Shown here in pieces: positions 37,592 to 45,304 of a stretch of 45,304 bases of DNA. A model generated the notes under the pieces. It was given only the letters and a program-made list of their open reading frames with translations, did not search any database and was not told where the DNA came from. The stretch is taken from the NCBI GenBank assembly GCA_031285625.1, contig JAITVV010000050.1, positions 1-45,304 of the forward strand, given 5' to 3'. This DNA is from Prevotella sp. (GTDB taxonomy: Bacteria; Bacteroidota; Bacteroidia; Bacteroidales; Dysgonomonadaceae). Position numbers and translations under genes: made by a program. The stretch's first letter is position 1. Each line of letters opens with the position of its first letter.

Positions 37592-37844
37592 ATTTCATTT
37601 AGTGATATTTAATACTATTATTTAAACTTTTTTGATGTAGAAAGGTAATCGTATTTGATTTTTAATAGAAAAAGCCTATATATGCGAGACTTCAAAAATC
37701 TTGTCATTTATAGGCTTTCTTTTGAGATAAACTATATTTGTATTTTTATGAATGTAGTAATAACCCAAGCCATTATGTAGAAATACATGTAGGATATGGT
37801 AAAAACCACAAATATCTACGTCTGATATACAGTCTATTACTCTG

Positions 37845-37878
37845 GAAAAGGGATACCTGAAGTTCAGATATCCCTTTC
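37845..37878 (-). terminator. Intrinsic terminator of mdh
   Basis: GAAAAGGGATACCTGAA-G-TTCAGATATCCCTTTC hairpin ~20 nt after the stop. Confidence 0.75.
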
Positions 37879-37897
37879 AAACATATAGAAATACGTG

Positions 37898-38839
37898 TTA
37901 GATAGCGTTAATTTCTTTCAGTACTGCATTTGTTTTGTGAACAGCTGCAGCCGATGCTTCAAATTTTTCTTTTTCATCTGCTGTTAGTTTCAGGTCAATG
38001 ATCTTTTCCCAACCATTTTTACCTAAAACTACAGGTACACCAATACAAATGTCATTCTGTCCGTATTCTCCTTCAAGAGATACACAGCATGGTACAACTT
38101 TCTTCTGATCGTGAAGGATAGACTCTACCACATATGCTCCGGCAGCTCCCGGTGCATACCATGCAGATGTTCCAAGCAACCCTGTAAGAGTAGCTCCACC
38201 CACCATAGTGTCAGCAACAACCTTATCCAATACTTCTTTTGATAAGAATTCAGATACAGGAATACCTTTGTATGTAGCTAAGCGAGTAACAGGAATCATA
38301 GTTGTATCGCCATGTCCACCGATTACCATACCTTCCACTTCGTTAGGATTGCAACCTAAAGCCTCACTCAAATAGAATTTAAAGCGAGAACTGTCTAAAG
38401 CTCCTCCCATACCTACAACACGGTGTTTAGGAAGACCTGTTACTTTAGAGGCCAGATATGTCATTGTATCCATCGGATTGGATATAATAACAAGAACAGC
38501 ATTCGGTGAATATTTAAGAATGTTTTCTGCAACACTCTTTACTATACCTGCATTTACACCAATCAGCTCTTCACGAGTCATGCCCGGTTTACGTGGAATA
38601 CCTGAAGTGATAACAACAACATCAGAATTAGCAGTAGCAGCATAATCGTTTGTTACCCCTTTGATACGTGTATCAAAGCCTAATAACTGAACTGTCTGGT
38701 TCATGTCGATAGCTTTACCTTCCGATACACCTTCTTTGACATCAAGCATTACTACCTCATCTGCCACTTCATTAAATGCAAGTACATTTGCACATGTAGC
38801 ACCTACATTACCGGCACCTACAACTGTTACTTTAGACAT
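37898..38839 (-). CDS. mdh: Malate dehydrogenase (LDH-like MDH)
   Basis: GAGNVG, PRKPGMTREEL (MDH-specific Arg), SNPMD, LDSSR, GGHGD. Confidence 0.96.
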   Translation of the reverse strand: MSKVTVVGAGNVGATCANVLAFNEVADEVVMLDVKEGVSEGKAIDMNQTVQLLGFDTRIKGVTNDYAATANSDVVVITSGIPRKPGMTREELIGVNAGIVKSVAENILKYSPNAVLVIISNPMDTMTYLASKVTGLPKHRVVGMGGALDSSRFKFYLSEALGCNPNEVEGMVIGGHGDTTMIPVTRLATYKGIPVSEFLSKEVLDKVVADTMVGGATLTGLLGTSAWYAPGAAGAYVVESILHDQKKVVPCCVSLEGEYGQNDICIGVPVVLGKNGWEKIIDLKLTADEKEKFEASAAAVHKTNAVLKEINAI

Positions 38840-39073
38840 AATAAATTGATTTATATTAATTAATAATTTGAATCTTTCATATTGTTACAAGATTAGAATA
38901 AATATAGTCCAACCTCTCTGAAAAGCCTAACAAATGTACATGCTTATTCTGAAATAAAGAAGATTTTAATGATCAAAAATGCCTTAATTTATTAAAAAAA
39001 GCGAAAGCTTATAATCCTTTTGTTCAATCTGTTTAATTCTTTTATATTTGTAGTCGCAGATTTTTACACAGAT

Positions 39074-39964
39074 ATGGATACAGAGAAAAAAAGTAATTCA
39101 AAAATACTAATAGGGATAATAGCTCTGCTCATCATAGGTATGGGGATTGCCGCGTATTTTATTTTCAATCAGAAGACTCAGATTCAGGAACTACAAGAAG
39201 AAAGCAGCCTGAACAAACAGCAGTTGGAAGATGAATATGAAAACCTAACGATGCAATATGAGGGTTTTAAACTGAATATAAAGAATGACTCCCTCTTGCA
39301 AAAACTAACCAATGAGCAAGCTAAAGTACAACGCTTGTTGGAAGAACTGAAAACAGTAAAAGCGGAAAATAAAACGGAAATAAACCGCCTGAATAAAGAA
39401 TTGGCAACACTAAGACAAGTGTTAAAGTCTTATATTGTACAAATAGATTCACTAAATCGTGCCAATGAACAATTAAGACAAGAAAAACAAGAGATAACAA
39501 CTAAATATCAGGAAACATCCAGAACACTGAATCAGGTAACACAGCAAAAGCAGGACCTCTCAGACAAAGTAACGCTTGCCGCAAAACTGGATGCAACAAA
39601 CATCAGTATACAAGCCACCAACAGTAAAGGCAAAGTACAGAAGAAGATTAGTAAAGTAGAACAACTGGTAATCAACTTCACTATCACAAAGAATATTACA
39701 GCTGAACCCGGAGAGCGGACTGTTTATGCCCGTATAATGAAACCCGATGATGATGTGTTAACAAAGAGCCGGACGAATACATTCCCTTACGAAAATGGTA
39801 ATATCAACTATTCTATAAAGAGGACTGTAGAATATGGAGGTGAAGAGGTAGGAGTTACGATGTACTGGAATGTAGAAGAGTATCTGATGCCCGGCACATA
39901 TCGTGTTGACTTATTTGCTGATGGTAATCGCATAGGCACAAGATCCTTTACTTTAGAAAACTAA
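39074..39964 (+). CDS. Membrane-anchored coiled-coil hypothetical protein with C-terminal beta domain
   Basis: N-terminal TM helix, long heptad region, Ig-like tail (PGTYRVDLFADG); TATATTTG box at 39043-39050 supports ATG 39074. Confidence 0.8.
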   Translation: MDTEKKSNSKILIGIIALLIIGMGIAAYFIFNQKTQIQELQEESSLNKQQLEDEYENLTMQYEGFKLNIKNDSLLQKLTNEQAKVQRLLEELKTVKAENKTEINRLNKELATLRQVLKSYIVQIDSLNRANEQLRQEKQEITTKYQETSRTLNQVTQQKQDLSDKVTLAAKLDATNISIQATNSKGKVQKKISKVEQLVINFTITKNITAEPGERTVYARIMKPDDDVLTKSRTNTFPYENGNINYSIKRTVEYGGEEVGVTMYWNVEEYLMPGTYRVDLFADGNRIGTRSFTLEN

Positions 39965-39969
39965 AACAA

Positions 39970-40467
39970 ATGCAGATAATAGAAGCTACAACCGATCACA
40001 TATATAATATACAAGTATTATCTGATATCATTTGGCCGGTAACATTTAAGGAGATCTTATCTCAGGAGCAGATTAAATACATGATGGATATGATGTATAG
40101 CACCAGTTCGCTGGAAAAGCAGATGACTGAGTTGAACCATCATTATTTATTAGCAGAAGAAGATGGTGAATATCTGGGTTTTGTATCTTACGAAATAAAT
40201 TATAAAGGGACACAGACTACCAAAGTGCATAAAATATATGTATTGCCTTCAACACAAGGGAAAGGAGTTGGTCGCTTCTTTATAGATACAGTAAGTAAGA
40301 TAGCAAAAAAAAATAATAATACAATACTCTCCCTGAATGTGAACCGCTTTAATAAAGCAATCGAGTTTTACAAACGTATGGGATTTGACTTTCATGCAAG
40401 TGAAAACATCGACATTGGCAATGGTTTCTTGATGGAAGATTATATAATGAATAAAACTTTATCTTGA
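39970..40467 (+). CDS. GNAT N-acetyltransferase
   Basis: KIYVLPSTQGKGVG acetyl-CoA motif; NVNRFNKAIEFYKRMGF. Confidence 0.9.
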   Translation: MQIIEATTDHIYNIQVLSDIIWPVTFKEILSQEQIKYMMDMMYSTSSLEKQMTELNHHYLLAEEDGEYLGFVSYEINYKGTQTTKVHKIYVLPSTQGKGVGRFFIDTVSKIAKKNNNTILSLNVNRFNKAIEFYKRMGFDFHASENIDIGNGFLMEDYIMNKTLS

Positions 40468-41343
40468 AGTTTTCAATATCTCCATTACAGAATCCTTTAA
40501 ATAACTCTGATAATTTCCAACCGGCATATAATTACCTAATTCGATGGTAGGTTTTGTCTTCCCATGAAAGTCACTACCACAGGTCATTAGTGCCTTCCTT
40601 TTAGTTACAGCCTCTGCAAAATATGTGATTTGTTTCTCGTTGTGGTAGTTATTAAAAACTTCGAGCCCCTCGGCTCCATTGTCTAATAATTCCTCAACAA
40701 TACTTTCTCTATTCCTGAAATTTAGCCCGGGATGAGCAACAATTGGTATCCCTCCATTTTCCTTCACCAGATCAATAGCATCATTATAGTTCATATATTC
40801 TATCATTACATATGCAGGTTTACCCTGAGCAAAATAGTCGAGATAGAAATTAAGATAAGGCATATCACTTCTCTCACCTCCCGGCATGTAAGGCAATAGC
40901 TTTTTATTCTCTACTTCATCAGTTAATAGAACCTCAGCTATCAGTTCGGCAGAAGGAAGTTTTCCATTTGCTACTTCCAATACTCTTGAAGCATCTACAC
41001 TTATCCCCAATTTGTCTAAGTTATGAATCATTTGATCAAACGATTTCATCACTTTAGCAGAAATATCGTTATCCAGTGTTTCAAAATCAGTACTCTTCCA
41101 ATCTATATTATAGCCAAGCAAGTGAAGATCAGTTCCTTTATAGTTACAGTCTATCTCTATTCCGGGAATAAAAGAAATACTATCCAATATGTTTGTAGAG
41201 ACATCATTTATTGCTCTTACTGTATTGTGGTCGGTGATTGCAAAAATATCGATCTTGTTATCAATACATTTATTGACAATGTCTTTTACCTTGTATTCTC
41301 CGTCGGAACTATATTTTGTGTGAATATGTAAATCAGCTTTCAT
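40459..41343 (-). CDS. PHP-domain metallophosphoesterase
   Basis: DLHIHT..SDG, ITDHN, GIEI, HLLGY, AHP, GSDFHG. Confidence 0.92.
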   Translation of the reverse strand: MKADLHIHTKYSSDGEYKVKDIVNKCIDNKIDIFAITDHNTVRAINDVSTNILDSISFIPGIEIDCNYKGTDLHLLGYNIDWKSTDFETLDNDISAKVMKSFDQMIHNLDKLGISVDASRVLEVANGKLPSAELIAEVLLTDEVENKKLLPYMPGGERSDMPYLNFYLDYFAQGKPAYVMIEYMNYNDAIDLVKENGGIPIVAHPGLNFRNRESIVEELLDNGAEGLEVFNNYHNEKQITYFAEAVTKRKALMTCGSDFHGKTKPTIELGNYMPVGNYQSYLKDSVMEILKTSR

Positions 41344-41906
41344 TATTCTATAATAATATCAAATTGATGTAATAGCCCCTCCAGGCCATCTTTAGAGAAA
41401 CGCGCCTTTTTCGTCATATTCTGCCTTAGGTCAATGGAGTAGTTATAAGCAGATCTAAAATCGACCTCCTGTAAATTCGTATTATAGAATATGGTTTCTT
41501 CCAATTCGGATTCAATAAATCTCGACTGTTTGAGATCAGCATCACCAAAGTCAACACCTTTGAGGGAGGAGTTCTTGAACCTTGTCTTACTCATCTTCCG
41601 CTTTGCAAAAGAAGAATAATCCAATATGCAGTTTTCGAAATCAACCTGAAAGATAAAGTCATGGCATAGATTAAACTTTACTCCCAATACCTTACAGTTT
41701 TTAAAGTGTACATTATTAATCGTTGATTGAGAGAAATCAGTCATAGATAAATTACAATCAATAAAATTACAATCAGTTAAGCCACATGATATAATTTTAG
41801 ATTTGTAAAAATCACATTTCAGAAATGTGCAATTATCAAACATATCCTTATGTAAACCATCCGAATACAGTTCGCCTTCAAATACCAGATCTTCAAAAAC
41901 AGCCAT
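41343..41906 (-). CDS. Pentapeptide-repeat protein
   Basis: Continuous 5-residue periodicity (CTFLK CDFYK...CNFID CNLSM TDFSQ...VDFGD ADLKQ SRFIE). Confidence 0.9.
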   Translation of the reverse strand: MAVFEDLVFEGELYSDGLHKDMFDNCTFLKCDFYKSKIISCGLTDCNFIDCNLSMTDFSQSTINNVHFKNCKVLGVKFNLCHDFIFQVDFENCILDYSSFAKRKMSKTRFKNSSLKGVDFGDADLKQSRFIESELEETIFYNTNLQEVDFRSAYNYSIDLRQNMTKKARFSKDGLEGLLHQFDIIIE

Positions 41907-41909
41907 AAA

Positions 41910-42479
41910 TTACTCCCTGATTATTTTTACCTCTCCTGATTTACCTAATTTAATGATACTGGAAGCTTTTGACTTACTTATATCATCCTGCCTGTAGTTT
42001 ACGATATAATCGACTCCACTCTTGATCTCGTCACTGATCTCATCAAAATTTGCAGGTGAAGGCTCACCACTGATATTGGCTGATGTGGAGACCAGAGCCT
42101 TACGAAACCGTTTACAGAGCTCTTTCGAAAATTTCTCATTAGTTATACGGATAGCGAGACTCCCATCTTCTGCTAAGAGATTTGGAGCTACATTACGCGC
42201 ATTATCATATATAATAGTCAGAGGTTTTTCAGATAATTCAATCAAATCCCATGCAACCTCCGGAACACCGTCTATATAGAAATCCAATTTAACAGGATTA
42301 TCTATCATTGTTATAAGAGCCTTACTATCGACTCTTTTTTTTAAGTCATAAACTTTCTGTACAGCTTCGGGGTTTGTTGCATCACACCCTATACCCCAGA
42401 TTGTATCGGTAGGATATAAGATAAGTCCTCCTTTTATCAGTGCTTCAAAAGCTTTTTTTATATCTTCTTCCATAATCAT
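41910..42479 (-). CDS. tsaC: L-threonylcarbamoyladenylate synthase (YrdC/Sua5)
   Basis: YPTDTIWGIGCD, K.R...K, STSANISG. Confidence 0.93.
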   Translation of the reverse strand: MIMEEDIKKAFEALIKGGLILYPTDTIWGIGCDATNPEAVQKVYDLKKRVDSKALITMIDNPVKLDFYIDGVPEVAWDLIELSEKPLTIIYDNARNVAPNLLAEDGSLAIRITNEKFSKELCKRFRKALVSTSANISGEPSPANFDEISDEIKSGVDYIVNYRQDDISKSKASSIIKLGKSGEVKIIRE

Positions 42480-43000
42480 TTATCATTATGCAACTGAAAT
42501 AAGCGGACATCTTCAAAAGCATCTCCCCGCTGCAACCAGTCTTTCAATATTCCAACTTCCTTATAACCTGCTTTTTGAAAAAGGGCAACGCTTTTCTCAT
42601 TCGATATGGAGATATAGGCATATAGCTGGTGAAGGTATAAAAAGTTGAAAGCATAATCGCGCATAAGTTCCAATGCCTGGCTGGCATAACCTTTCTGACG
42701 AAAAGTTTCATCGATAAGGATTCCGATCCCTGCCCTGCGATTATGGGCATCTATCTCATACAGATCAAGTGTACCTATTGTAATATCATTATGCAGGTCT
42801 ACCATCAGGCGTAGCTGTTTGCTCTGATAAATATCCATTTCCAGGGAGTCATTGATATATTGGCGAATCACCAGTTTAGAATAAGGAGCCAGCGTATTGC
42901 CATGATACCATAGCCCGGTGGAATTTTCCCATCCATACAGCATATCCAGATCTTCCGGCTCAACGGCGCGGAGAGAAATATGAGAATTATTCAAAAGCAT
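42476..43000 (-). CDS. GNAT acetyltransferase (RimJ/RimL/SpeG-like)
   Basis: LRAVEPED, RQKGYA, NEKSVALFQKAGY..VG.LKDW. Confidence 0.88.
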   Translation of the reverse strand: MLLNNSHISLRAVEPEDLDMLYGWENSTGLWYHGNTLAPYSKLVIRQYINDSLEMDIYQSKQLRLMVDLHNDITIGTLDLYEIDAHNRRAGIGILIDETFRQKGYASQALELMRDYAFNFLYLHQLYAYISISNEKSVALFQKAGYKEVGILKDWLQRGDAFEDVRLFQLHNDK

Positions 43001-43064
43001 ATATTTCGTATTTTAATAACAGTAGCTTATTGTTGTTCTACTTATCCAGGTATCAGTCTGACCC

Positions 43065-43520
43065 TTAATATGTGTCCCGTTCAAACATTTCTCCTAAACG
43101 GATAAAGAAGTTCTTTTTCCGGCGGCGCACTTTTTGATTTTCACCAGACGACATCATTATTCTTTCAAATGATGTTTCTCCTCTCTCCATAGCTTTTATT
43201 GCATGATATATCACACCCCAATCCGGCAATCCTCCAAGATTTCGGTCATCAATAAACAGGTCAGCCGTTAACTTCCGAGATGCAGTAGCTGCGTCTTCTT
43301 CAGGATAGTTTTTGTTGGCTGCATAAAATACCAGACCTTTAGCCTGACAATAATCCACAGCCTCCTGCAATAACTTACCATCACGTACAGTCCACATTAC
43401 CAGTGTATGCCCGTCTCTTTGCAACTGAAGTAGCGTTTCAATTGCAAACGGTATGGGTTTCCCTATTTTTGGATATTGATGTTCTACAATTGTCCCGTCA
43501 AAATCTACTGCGATATACAT
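43065..43520 (-). CDS. HAD-type phosphatase (BT0820-like)
   Basis: IAVDFDGT, WTVR, RK..AD.FIDDRN. Confidence 0.88.
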   Translation of the reverse strand: MYIAVDFDGTIVEHQYPKIGKPIPFAIETLLQLQRDGHTLVMWTVRDGKLLQEAVDYCQAKGLVFYAANKNYPEEDAATASRKLTADLFIDDRNLGGLPDWGVIYHAIKAMERGETSFERIMMSSGENQKVRRRKKNFFIRLGEMFERDTY

Positions 43521-43646
43521 TTTTATTCTTTATTTGATTAATTTGTGCAATTATTTAATTCCAAACTTTAATTACAAATATAATTATAATTACGATTGGA
43601 TAATGTTGTAAAGTGTCAAAAGGGAACAGTTCAATCTGTTCAATAT

Positions 43647-44273
43647 TTACATTTTATAAGACTCATTAAAAAGAGTCCGGTTGAGAATAGAGCGGCCAAG
43701 AGTAACTTCGTCGGCATATTCAATTTCATCCCCGATAGAAATACCTCTGGCTATCATAGATACTTTAATATCGCTATAAGGAGACATTTTTTTGTATATA
43801 TAAAAATTAGTCGTATCTCCTTCCATAGTGGTACTTAACGCTAAAATAACTTCTTTGATGCCACCTTTCGCAATTCGTTCTATCAGGCTTTCTATCTCAA
43901 GGTCAGCTGGTCCGATACCATCAATAGGAGAAATAATACCTCCCAATACATGGTATAAACCTTTATATTGCATGGTGTTCTCAATTGCCATAACCTCTTT
44001 AATGTTTTCTACAACACAGATTGTAGAAGCATCGCGCGATTTATCCAAACAAATGGGGCAAACATCGTCGTCGCAAATATTATGGCAAACATTACAATAT
44101 TTGACACCATGTTTCAGCGTAACAAGTGCCTGAGAAAAATTATCAACCATCAGATCATCCTGCCTAAGCAAATGTAAAATTAATCTCAATGCTGTTTTGC
44201 GGCCGATACCAGGAAGTTTAGCAAATTCATTTACCGCATTTTCTAATAAAACCGAAGGATATTTTTGATTCAT
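43647..44273 (-). CDS. recR: Recombination mediator RecR
   Basis: Hh[11 protein letters not shown]4 zinc finger, TOPRIM (VVE...YHVLGG...EGDTT); TATCTTTG box at 44293-44300 on the minus strand. Confidence 0.97.
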   Translation of the reverse strand: MNQKYPSVLLENAVNEFAKLPGIGRKTALRLILHLLRQDDLMVDNFSQALVTLKHGVKYCNVCHNICDDDVCPICLDKSRDASTICVVENIKEVMAIENTMQYKGLYHVLGGIISPIDGIGPADLEIESLIERIAKGGIKEVILALSTTMEGDTTNFYIYKKMSPYSDIKVSMIARGISIGDEIEYADEVTLGRSILNRTLFNESYKM

Positions 44274-44512
44274 AATGCTCGTTATTCGACTGCAAAGATA
44301 TGAATATCCTTAAAGATTCCTTATTCCTTAATATTATTTTAGATTTTCACCAGTTTGATATAACCGATTGAGAAATAAACCTTTTGCAGAGTTTTTGAAA
44401 TTCAGAGGTAACGAGTTAGTAACCGTGCATATTTCAACGATTTGCGGTGCAATACTGTCAAATAACTCATGCCAAAAGTACATATTATTTTTGAAACCAA
44501 CACATGTTTTTT

Positions 44513-44679
44513 TCCTTTCTTTTTCCGATAAACACCTCCTCTGTGGAAAGAATGAATAAGGCAAGGCTTTTATCGGAAATACTCTTTCGAGGTACGAGAA
44601 AGGAAGATTTTCGATAAAATTCATTTCAGCCTTGACGTTTCATTCTTGGAGCATACCTTTGTGTTCGGATGAAGAAAGG
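44513..44679 (+). promoter_or_regulatory. Long nested stem-loop enclosing a TACCTTTG promoter box
   Basis: Six nested inverted-repeat pairs (listed in the finding); -7 box at 44654-44661. Confidence 0.55.
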
Positions 44680-44859
44680 TTATTCATTTCGTTGTCCCAC
44701 TATTCTACCCCATTGACGCATAACATATCGGTGACTTGACACAGGTGAGGTTTTTTTAATTCGAACGGGAGTAAACGCTGAAAATACGCACAATGTTTTT
44801 GCGAGAGTGCCTCTCGCTTACACTAAATCGCCGTCGTATGCAAGTTGTTTTGTTATGAT

Positions 44860-45303
44860 TTAAGCATAATCGATATCTATACTTGCGATTTTATCCAATT
44901 CTTCCGCAATACTTTTTTTGATTTGCTCTATTTTGCTGTATTTTTTGGCAATTTCTTTTTGAGCAGACAGATCAAGTTCGCCTTTTGAGTTAATCGGAAT
45001 AAGCATTTCAATATGTTGTATTTTTCCTTTTCCCGCCTTGTTACTAAAGCCGAATGAATGTTTCGCAAATTCACTTTCAATCGTGTATTTCAAAAAATCA
45101 ACATCTAAAAAATCTGTATATTTTCCTTGTACGATTAGTGGAATTACTTTTTCCGATAATGAAAATTTACCAATTCTATAATGAACTTTTCCTACAGAAC
45201 CATCAATATTCCAAGTTAAGCAATCCGAAAAGTATCTTACATTTTGTAAATTATTGGCAACATATCCATAATCCACCGATTCGGGAAATTTAGAAGCAGA
45301 ATA
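44860..45303 (-). CDS. 3' part of a restriction-modification specificity subunit/domain (HsdS-like); gene continues beyond the window
   Basis: Frame open to the window edge (YSASKFPESVDYGY...); TRD-like 'WNIDGSVG', 'FL.Y', 'IP......LSAQKEIA' and a terminal helix. Confidence 0.7.
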   Translation of the reverse strand, partial: YSASKFPESVDYGYVANNLQNVRYFSDCLTWNIDGSVGKVHYRIGKFSLSEKVIPLIVQGKYTDFLDVDFLKYTIESEFAKHSFGFSNKAGKGKIQHIEMLIPINSKGELDLSAQKEIAKKYSKIEQIKKSIAEELDKIASIDIDYA

Positions 45304-45304
45304 A

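Noticed and set aside
37669-37720. Imperfect hairpin AAGCCTATA...TATAGGCTT as an ncRNA
   Set aside because: Most simply a terminator for the HU gene; no further support.
272-44177. Numerous 60-150 aa ORFs antisense or out of frame within long genes (e.g. 272-541, 3813-4121, 18814-19254, 30660-31016, 43828-44133)
   Set aside because: They lie inside well-supported genes and show no recognisable motifs; treated as shadow ORFs.
44334-44624. ORFs 44334-44624 (-) and 44368-44559 (+)
   Set aside because: They overlap the hairpin and putative element end and have no protein-like motifs.
44801-44850. GCGAGAG-TGC-CTCTCGC hairpin and neighbouring sequence as a terminator or integron attC site
   Set aside because: No U-tract on the R-M gene strand, and no paired RYYYAAC/GTTRRRY boxes or integron integrase.
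1-45304. tRNA, rRNA, CRISPR array or intact transposase/integrase
   Set aside because: None recognised by eye on either strand; a covariance-model scan would be needed to exclude small RNAs.

Overview
AT-rich chromosomal window from a Bacteroidota organism. TAnnTTTG -7 promoter boxes, a T9SS cargo protein and a QVTIG-type surface protein point to a Dysgonomonas-like Bacteroidales; the genus is an inference. Most of 1-27.4 kb and 37.9-44.3 kb is housekeeping or metabolic: ABC-F, tilS, Crp/Fnr, HD hydrolase, TerC, lipA, methyltransferase, tamB, GH20, PoxB-like, YidE, mdh, tsaC and recR. It also holds a tightly coupled ABC exporter-SUFU-voltage-gated channel operon and a T9SS esterase with six SusE/F-like repeats. 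An eroding accessory region (~27.4-37.8 kb) contains a stand-alone EF-Tu domain II gene, GNAT and AraC pseudogenes, duplicated regulatory modules, an orphan kdpDE pair, a surface protein with a BclB-CTD-like domain, a candidate sRNA, a MITE/REP doublet and a frameshifted HU gene. After recR the window appears to enter an integrated element with a ~165-nt nested hairpin enclosing a promoter box and the 3' end of a restriction-modification specificity gene. I found no rRNA, tRNA or CRISPR array. All calls are motif recognition by eye; no searches were run.
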